From the NCBI GenBank assembly GCA_046758445.1, contig JBHIAE010000022.1:1-49179 (forward strand): a stretch of DNA of 49,179 bases. Reading direction: 5' to 3'. Under the pieces are notes generated by a model. It was not told where the DNA came from, searched no databases, and worked only from the letters and a program-made list of their open reading frames with translations. A program made the position numbers and the translations under genes. The stretch is from Candidatus Thorarchaeota archaeon (GTDB taxonomy: Archaea > Asgardarchaeota > Thorarchaeia > Thorarchaeales > Thorarchaeaceae). This document shows, in pieces, positions 20,601 through 28,400 of this stretch. Positions within the stretch are counted from its first letter, which is position 1. Each line of letters starts with the position of its first letter.

Positions 20601-22408
20601 TGTCAGGGGTCTTCGGTGACCTGGTGAATGTGACAGTCTACTTGAACGACACAGACGTCGGCCGGCCTGTCACAGGTGCAACTCTGACCTATGGAGTGGG
20701 TACTATTGTTGGAAGCCTTACAGACCATGGAAACGGGTACTACAGCGTTGGCGTTCCAACAGGCTTGCTTGAGATTGGTGTGTCGACTCTTACCGTGGCC
20801 AGTGTCAAAGATGGCTTCACTCCATCCTCACTGCAGTTCACGCTCACCGTGGAGAAGGTACCAACTAATGTCGTGATACTGTCAAATGCTGTCCTAGAGA
20901 AGTACTATGGAGAGAATGCAACCTTCCTACTGATGTACAGAGATTCTCACAATAGTGTTGGCATTCCTGGCGCGACCTCAGGATTCATTCTTGAGAGTGT
21001 CACGGGCTCCCTTGTCGATCTGGGGAATGGCAACTATGAACTGATAGTCAACACAACTGCGGTTGTGGCCGGTGTGGTCGCCCATGACATCTCGGTAAGT
21101 TTCGTGAAGGATGGATACACATTCACATCAGGACTTGTGAAACTTGTCGTGCGTCCTATACCGACAGAAGTCCTTGGACCGAGATTGTTCTCAGTTCCTG
21201 TCGGCGATGACTATAGTCAATCGTTCCAGTTCTATGATTCACTAAATGGCGAGCTGCTTGATGGAGCCACGGCTACAGCTATTTGGGAATTCGGCTCCGA
21301 TTCGCTCACCCCGACCGGAAACGGGACATACGTCTTTGGGCCGGCTGTGACAGGAATCCCAAGACTAGAGATTCGTGAAGAACCTTACATCCTGAAGATC
21401 CAGATGACAAAGGGCAACTACAGTTTTGGCAACGTGGAAATCAGAATGACCATTAGGGAAATTGCCACCGAGATCGTTTTCGACACCTTCCCGAGTCTTG
21501 TCGTGACAGGAGTAGACTTCGAAATCAGGCTCAGGTTCATGGATGTGGACCACCAAGTCCCCATCTTTGATGCAATCAACGTAACAGATCATTCTCGACT
21601 CACACGCTTGGTGGATCAGGAATATGTGCTCGAAGATGGCACATACGTGTTTGTCTTCAGATCGCTAATACCTGGATACACCCCTCTCGTGATCAGTTTC
21701 TCGAAGATAGACTACCAAACTGCAACCTACACCTTCGATGTATACTCGCGACTTTCTCCAGAGGCACAGGCGATGGCGAACACCGTCATGGGAGCTGGGT
21801 TGCTGCTCATCTTCATCGTCGGTGCTGCTGGCCTTTACGTGAGAGTCCTATCAGTCCCCAAGCTGCTTCGGATCCTGAGGAGGATGGTATCCAATCTTGC
21901 AAGGGGAGTGATCCCCGATCCTGCTGCAGTCAGGAGCAGAAGAGAGATGATTCTTGAGGACATGAACACCGATCTCAAGTCGGTTGAACTGTCTAAGACT
22001 CTGGATGACATTGCAATGGACACTCTTGAAGTTGGTGCACTAGATGTGCAGAATCTTGTTGATGAGCTAGCCCAGGTCATAGGCCTCACTGAGGCGGACA
22101 TCGCAGTGATGATGTCTGATCTGGAGAGGATGCGGCCCAGCGAGCGTGCAGGATTCATAACTGAGGTACTGAAACAAGAGCGTGCGCGAAGAGCCAAGGA
22201 GCTGGCAGAAGCAGAGATTGCCGAAGAAGAGGTCGCTGTACCTGAAGAGGCCAAGCTCTCAGAAGAGGAGCTTGCCGACCTGAAGGAGCGTCTGCTGAAA
22301 CTTGGCATCGAAGAGTCCGAAGCAGACATCATGGTCGAACAGGCCAGAAGCCTCACTCGTGCTGAGATTCGGGCACTGCTAGAAGAGATAGGAGGCTTGG
22401 AAGAATGA
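14630..22408 (+). CDS. Giant single-pass surface protein, A-type paralog (A2), 2592 aa
   Basis: Signal peptide MRSKKALMLLLILMPLVSG; collinear with A1 (e.g. AAIPVEIEL, MVHQGGGIYN, VGNHQIL, DTNDLSGIGRY); 17 Ig-like repeats; TM at ~21785-21840; tail ending IGGLEE. Confidence 0.92.
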   Translation: MRSKKALMLLLILMPLVSGAFLSHSTTHDLSPQVRLADVGDGEVIELGPDETLHKFTLSDMPTVREGTGAPLNGSEYGSRTDMFPSESIMYNSTSRSTNHVNLTVPIAKHWEAYEVFANVTSLTENRTWLLNPSFDNSGNWTYGTHNEMPGVNAITSEWDSNGHGAGDGSTRHQIFGDPSRTYDLGDKGYATQNISLSLGEIVWVGVSLDYYARFPPLPGTLTGYFELFVSLGDPDKDPDDDGERDPDYFWSIQFNEIQQDSVWYSTGIVEVDTSITDFQNAEIWAGLRSVDDVRYGRNRDPEGRLDNIEIYIKSKATPGQLNLKTNDKDVEGTTPGQGQLRFPVGINEMKGTAYADFSWTPIPATPDPNRDITVDLDVTLTAYAWSYNDFTKNNTASLTNGSLYSVWNATDVDWETNFLAIVPEGYENEYFFSLSIPDNRDVYTVAEPDFRHVNLTSGWTLGDPLDGAVNVSVYDITTTSQNGFWLVKGTSPNMITNLQVWNDDTSQWLGTEKFGANNNTRFRATLSSSYAGNTVYFTVYDPDGAVWIEQQAVVDSSGYATTSMVNLDAYNASVGAWEVQAFVDDSVSGGGSINNLGYYRRGFSIGHGTSMSVKYPVGSDVSWNVTVVHGTWVLLQLRVNDTDNGDFLPGGTMTYSWAAGSGAVSDLGTGEYSVTLDTGLLASNGEYDVTLQWNKGYYDPLVRTFKIVAILNTDLFSSDAPGIDVPSGYIAQLSFSFRDQYSQGIADAELTTNWSYPYTVTQVMGQPGDYTVELNTTGAPLETFLVSFTASKDYYETRTVILSIQVRELHTSAIPSTSLLSLPVGYIKSLRITYTDSDSGSPISGAAWAIRCNWSDIHSFGDQNYTVVETGTPGEYEVTIYSEDTDVLGTYSVVFNVEMPGAQNHTFIATLVLKTHLTSFSLVNPIDPTPYTGNVRILVYYYDADADAGIENGTSVGYFVDIEVRSSTLPLVNFAWANGTVHGEYILLLSAAQWGSIGDKDLTILCNWTGPTVKFYNRTISTSARITGAQTQLFMGDSPVMTPYGENVSFSVVYWDVGGGVGVVNSTGPYAGNVHLYVDVLTSGQLLTQSLMMITEVNAIINPGEYRIEFNTTYLSGLISCDLRIWLNWTKAALPYYKNQTLLLTVYATYRQTTVGWTPMPVTPYDEFVNLTLTYQDALSTENIRDSPSLLISTPGYAFSLFYEGDATAVFKIQVSTSAFGSPGTHTFQVDIIWSGSPFYQNKTGMVIPITVRERHTQFTHGSYAPVQYSNNLTIIFTYLDLDDFPYTGVSGGTITLDSSLGGFYSVWDNSDGTYTLKLNTSAYLSLGTFQVNATMTYGGVRFCADATDTFYLTVARRITQLTGDLPQPAPFLTLANLTVHYIDDSTSRGIMNADVSLFSATASQPLVQGVTFWVVNLADGVYEIGVDTGALDGFGSHIIDATLSWSGPPFYQQRTISITVEVTRRSVSFGVSKSPVTTPFKELVVFEISITDSLTGAPVLLNKSVLLVTHGSGTEVPPSQYTLAGYGEFYTISINSTVLTSVLVADHPIQVKFYWGDWSPFYANATTSTLVTIGPRFTQATVLSTPPASYSFNLTALVKYSDYLSGSPITNAAVSILCVNDTTFARWIIDNGDGTYSIIVDTNDLSGIGRYFFEANLTWLGSPFYRDVIGVEFSVVVTPVATVLNFALPSGVVYYLGDIVYGNITYFDVTTGLGIDGAEVATNWTIRHGTESTITPMGNGIYQLVINTSTLDAKIYTFSVNASKFQHFNRSITTDILLAAIPVEIELQFAPTDPTWGDVLELSANVTDARTGQPILGAAVNLTIASIAYDMVHQGGGIYNATVPTGSFDSGEYSILITSVLLNHETRQKTFQIRIQKVAANIIASIDPLVSVNGQSITIEVDYFILSNSTPISVGVVTYSWIGGSGTLSWQPAQLNYTGQFIVDNAPVGNHQILVQASSSNFKTVSVVLTIEVRETNTGMRAYQDNTVLSGVFGDLVNVTVYLNDTDVGRPVTGATLTYGVGTIVGSLTDHGNGYYSVGVPTGLLEIGVSTLTVASVKDGFTPSSLQFTLTVEKVPTNVVILSNAVLEKYYGENATFLLMYRDSHNSVGIPGATSGFILESVTGSLVDLGNGNYELIVNTTAVVAGVVAHDISVSFVKDGYTFTSGLVKLVVRPIPTEVLGPRLFSVPVGDDYSQSFQFYDSLNGELLDGATATAIWEFGSDSLTPTGNGTYVFGPAVTGIPRLEIREEPYILKIQMTKGNYSFGNVEIRMTIREIATEIVFDTFPSLVVTGVDFEIRLRFMDVDHQVPIFDAINVTDHSRLTRLVDQEYVLEDGTYVFVFRSLIPGYTPLVISFSKIDYQTATYTFDVYSRLSPEAQAMANTVMGAGLLLIFIVGAAGLYVRVLSVPKLLRILRRMVSNLARGVIPDPAAVRSRREMILEDMNTDLKSVELSKTLDDIAMDTLEVGALDVQNLVDELAQVIGLTEADIAVMMSDLERMRPSERAGFITEVLKQERARRAKELAEAEIAEEEVAVPEEAKLSEEELADLKERLLKLGIEESEADIMVEQARSLTRAEIRALLEEIGGLEE

Positions 22409-25400
22409 AACAACCATGGAAGTCAATTATGCCATTGTTTGTCATGGCTATCTTCATTCTTCAACTTGCGTCATTCGATGGTGCGGCTATTCCAAGCACA
22501 TCTCTGCAGAATGAACTTGTCGATCTGGGCGGCGGCAGGTCTATCGAGGTTAGTCCCGAAGAAACACTTCATAGATTTGCACTGACAGACCAAGGGCTGA
22601 TTGAGTGGAATGGGATATCTGATGGTCTGGTAGGTCAAGAACATGGCAGCCGAGATGATTCCTTTGGACCCATTAGTCTGGACTATACTCCTCTAGTAGG
22701 TACTGAGAATACGTCTATGTCAGTTCCGTTTGGAGCAGACTGGGAGGCCTACGAGCTTGAGGCTCGTGTTTCCGATATCACAGAGAATCGCACTTGGATC
22801 ACAAACGGGGAATTTGATAGCAGCGCCAACTGGACAGTTGGAACTGTAGGTGCGGGCAGCGGGAATAGTACCGTTTCTACCTATTGGGAGAGTGATGGGC
22901 ATGATGGTGATCCATGCATGTACTTTGAGATCGACTCGACAACCAGTTTCGGCGGCTTCTGGAGATATGACCAAGATGACAGGGGATATGCCAGACAGAC
23001 AATGGAGTTGCCAAGGGGTGAGGTTGTCTGGGCCGGAATCAGTTTTGACTATCAGTCAGGTACTTACAGCGGGAGCTGGACTTGGGCCCTATCCATGGCG
23101 CTCTATGTTGTCATTGAAAGCAGCAACCCATCCGATTGGGACTGGAGACTTGTTCAGACAGACATGAGTGTAGAGGGTGCATGGAACAGCACTGGACTCA
23201 TGACCATTCCAGTTTCAAACTTCAATACACCAACTGATCAGAATGTCACAGTAGAGGTCGGCTTTTGGAGCATGACCAGCGAGGGATTCAGCCCAGATCC
23301 TAATCCATATGCAAGAGTGGACAATTTCGAAATCTACATCAAAACGAGAGCAAAGCCCAGTGACATAAATCTTCAGATGAATGGTCTAGATGTTGTGGAT
23401 GATATCACGTGGGGCATTGGTACCGTGACTCAAGAGCCTGTGGTGCCATGGCAGACAAGTCCAGTTTCACTTGACTTCACTTGGTGGCCGACTCCGCTTT
23501 CCCCAGCACCATCTGTGCCCATAGCCATAGAACTGTCCATCGACACCAGACTGTTCGCTAGAAGGATAGACATCGTAACTGCGTATGAGCTAAGCCCGAC
23601 ATCCTATGGCCAGAGATTCACTGTGACCAACGGATCTACGGTTGAGTATACCACGTATTTCTTTGCAAATATACCCTCAGGATATCTCGACCACTACTTC
23701 TTCAACATGTCACTACCATCAGATAGGGACGTCTATCATGTTGGACCTCCATTGGACCTTCTGAATAATCTGACAACCGACTGGATAGGAGGCAACCCCG
23801 GAGACGGATATCTGAATGTGTCTGTATATCAAGTTGACCCAGAACTTGGCAAGCAGGGCGCATGGTGGATAAAGAGCGCAGCCCCCAACATGATTTCCGA
23901 CATTGACCTCTATGACTATGCGAATTCGCAATGGGCCCAGTCAATCGACTTCCGTGCCGGCAACTCGTCACGAATAAGAGTCTACACCGACCCATCGTTT
24001 GAAGGAGCAACAGTTAATGTGACCCTGTACGACCCAACAGGAAGCTCCTGGTTGAACCTTACCGCAACAGTTGACTCACTTGGACAAGCCACAACTCAAC
24101 GCTTTACACTTGGGTCAAATGCAACAGCGGGGACCTGGGTTGCCCAGGCTATTGTGAGTGATTCCGACGTAGGAGGCATCTGGTACTCTACGGGATTCTT
24201 CAAGAGAGCGTTCACAATCACGCATGAATCCGAACTGATTCTCGATCATCCTCTGGACGCAGTAGGCTCCTGGTTGACCAATGTTACTCATGGTGACTTG
24301 ATGCTCATCATTCTCAGGGCAAATGACACTGACAGCGATGTGTTAGTACCAGGAGGTGTGCTGACTCTGGATTGGGCGCTTGGAACGGATACATTTGATG
24401 ACAACGGCAACGGAGAGTATACAAAGGCAATTGATACATCCCTTCTGCCAACAAAAGGACAATACGTCATGAACCTGACTTGGACAAAGGACAGCTTCGA
24501 TACTTCAAACGCAACACTGCTTGTCAACGTAAACTATCCATCAATATTGAGTTCCCCTGACTACCCCGGAATCACAGGACCAATAGGATATGATCAAACT
24601 ATCATGGCGACCTACTCAAACACAAATGGTACAGGAATCGATGGTGCGGCAATGGTCTGCAATTGGTCCAACCCATATACAGTTACACCGATGGGTGGCG
24701 GCGATTATGAGTTCCTGCTTGACACGTCAGGTATTGGTCCTGGCCAATATCCAGTGATGTTGAACGCCTCCGCACCATTTGTTAATCCACAGACATTAGT
24801 CCTGTACGTTCAAGTCCGGGAGGTCTACAACTCAATATCATACTCTGCTAACGAGCTATCAATCCCGGTTGGAGAAACAGAATCATTCCTCCTTACGTGG
24901 ACAAACACTGACACCGATGAGAGGATTCTCGATGGAGAGAGCTACATATCCTGCAATTGGACTTCGTTCCACCGCCTGGGTGAGAGCAACTACACTGTTT
25001 CTCATCTGGGTAATGGGGTCTATAACATAACTATCTACACAGAGTCCGATGATCCTCTGACAACAGGGAACGAGTTCTACACGGCCACTTTCAATGTAAT
25101 GCGGAAGGACTTCCGGAATCATACTTTTGACGTCAAGGTCAGAGTTCGAAGTCACAACACCTTGTTTGTGCTCGACGAACCTGTTGAGAACACAGAGTAC
25201 GGTACAGACATCATTGTACTGGTCTTCTATCAGGATGCCGACATGTTGGAGGGCATAGTGAATGACACTGGAGAAGTCCGGTTCGCTATAACATCGCCAG
25301 ACATTGGCAGTGTTAAGTTCTCGGTTCAGAACTCGTTGCTTGGAGCCGGTCACTATAACACTAGTATACCGTCACAACAGTGGGGTAGCATAGGCTGGAA

Positions 25401-28400
25401 GAACTTCACCATCCAAGTCACTTGGCAGGGTGTTGTGACCAAATACTATAGTCGTAATATCCAGACTCGTGTGAGAATCACAGGCACAGAAACGAATCTG
25501 TTCCTTGAGGTTGCTCCTACAGCGACCTACTACCTTGATTTGGTGACCTTCACGACGACATATGCAAACATCAATGGTACCAAGATATCTAACACAACCG
25601 GCCATGTCCTTCTGGCAATTACGCCACTGACTTCAGGACATCCTGTGACACAGGCGTACTTCATAGTAGCAGAGTCTGGAACCGACCCCGGTTCATACAA
25701 ATTCCAACTCGACACTTCCGGCTTTCAGTCGATTGGTGTCTTCGACTTTCAACTTGACTTCATGTGGACAAGCGGGCAATCGCCCTTCTATGAGAACCAG
25801 TCGATGACTGTTTCTCTTGTGGTCCTATCGAGGCCAACCTATGTCGACTATGTTCCCGTACCTGCAACACCCTTCTATGAAACTGCTGATTTCACATTCA
25901 GCTATGTGGATCTGCTATCGACCGCAAAGATTCCTTCATCTCCACAATTGGAGATCAGCTTGAATGAACCAGGAGTCTCCTATTCTGTTTCCTATGATTC
26001 TGGTTCGTTCACAATGGCCATTGATACAGACTCACTAGCAGGAATCGGAACGTTCGTGTTGAATTTGAATCTGACGTGGACAGGTGAGCCTTTCTACGAG
26101 TCGATCTCAAGCTTCCCGTTCATGGTCGAAGTCATTCAAAGGACAACTCAGCTAACACATGATCCGTTTGAGTTTCCACAATGGGGGAACAATGCCACCA
26201 TTGTGTTCAATTACACCGATTTGGTTGCACATAGCACCATTGGAATGTCAGGAACTCTCGTCCTCAACATCACTGTTGGCTACTACGCAGTACAGTATCT
26301 TGGGAGTGGACAATACCTGGTTGTGCTAAACACTTCAGCGCCCTCCTTTGGGTCAGACGGAACATTCATTCTCAATGCCACCATCCAACACACTGATCCC
26401 TATTTCGCCGATGCATCCAGATTCTTTGGATTCACAATACTAAAACGCTCTACCCAGTTTGGATATGAGAATCCAGACCCTACGCCCTACCTGGACAACG
26501 TCACCTCTGTTGTTTCATACATTGATGACAGCACGGGAAGAGGAATATCTGACGCATCCGTTAGTGTGACAAACAATGTTTCGGCCCTCATACTCGACAC
26601 AAACTACTGGGTCACATACTTAGGAAACGGCCAATACCGTATCGAGGTCGATAGTGTTGCGCTTTCTGCCCCTGGTGTCTACGTGTTGAACGTCACCTCA
26701 ACCTATTCAGGTGCTCCGTTCTACCTACCACAAAGCAGAAACGTCAATGCGAGAATCACCGAGCGCACGACTCAGATCATCATCACCCAGACCCCGGGTG
26801 ATGTGCCCTATCTGGAGAACATTACAATCGGATTCCGATTTGAGGACTTTCTCACTGGGAATCCTGTTGGTATCGACAAAGGTGACATCACACTTACACA
26901 TGATGTGTCAATGACACCAATTACCTCAGGCCAGTACAACCTCTATGATTTCGGTACGTATTATGAGATTGTGTTCAACTCGACAATCCTCAGCCCATCT
27001 TCGTTGGTGAACGGACACCAGATACATCTTGACATTGGCACAGGACCAGTTCCTCCATACTATGGATTCCGGAGCATCACTACGTTCGCATCAACAACCG
27101 AAAGACAGACTCAGATATTCTTCCCCCTTGTCGAGGATACCCCGTACTTCGAGAATCTAACAATGGAACTGGATTTCGTTGATTTCTTGACAGGAAACGG
27201 AATCGAGGGTGCGACACTTACGTTGAGTACTTTCAACTGGAGCGTTCCCGAATACCAGGTAATCGAGCTAGGTGCAGGGAAGTACCGAGTGCTGGTGATT
27301 AGCACCGTCTTTGGTAGCACAGGGACTGTCTACTTCAACGTGACTCTTAGCAGACCGGGAATCCCGTTCTTCGCAGAGAGGACAACGGCGAACGTACCGG
27401 CGACCATACGGCTAGTTCAAACAGCAATGGTTTCTGAAACTCCAGCACCTGGTTCCACAGGAGTTGGGGTTCCGATCAACGTCACGCTGACTCTGAAGGA
27501 CTTTGACCATGATGTCCCGCTCGCGGGGGCAACAATAACGACTGACTGGTTCACACGATATGGTACATCATTCTCAATCATGGAAGTTGGTAATGGAGTC
27601 TACATGATCACACTGAACATGACGGGCCTTATTGCTCAGGACTACCCGTTCACAGTCCAGGCTGACAAGACGTTCTATGCGCCTGCAAACATAACAGTAG
27701 TTGTGACACCAGGTGCGGCATCATTCGAGATTCTGATACACAAGAGTACATACTATGCACTATGGGGTGAGCTGATTGATGTCCGTGTAGACGTGAGAGA
27801 GGACTACTATCATTCTCTCGTACCCGGGGCAAATGTGACGATGCTCTGGAATAATACAGTCTACAACTTCAGTGATTTGGACAACGGTACGTACTCTCTT
27901 CTGCTCTATACCTCAGACGCCAACTTCGGAGTCCATGAACCTCAAATTACTGTTTCAAGGCGGTATTACTCCGATAGACAGACATCATTTACAATGGTAG
28001 TCTCCAAAGCCCCTGCACAGATTGTGAGCGAGCTTGCAGTCGTACAGGTAGTCGTCGACACCACAACGAACTTCACAGTCTACCTCAACGACACGGTTTC
28101 GAATGCTCCTGTCATCGGTGCTTCGGTCTTCATGGAGCTGAACAACACTGTATATCTACTCTTCTACAATGGCACTCCAGGTTACTACGAGGGAACCATT
28201 GATGCAACTGGCTTTGACTTCGGACCTTACGAGATAACTCTGAGTGCCGCATCTGTCAATCATGACTTCCTTGATACAGTGCTTGAGATTAGTGTGGTGC
28301 CAATACCAACCGATATTGGGCTTGTTGGTGGCCTGACTTCATTGTCAGTCATCCTTGGAGACAGTCTACTTGTGCGTGCAAACTACAATGACACATACTA

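Noticed and set aside
21835-22413. Antisense Ser-rich ORFs over the giant-gene tails (also 6335-6526, 14014-14259, 29826-30167)
   Set aside because: Shadow ORFs arising from Glu-rich sense codons; no independent coding signal.
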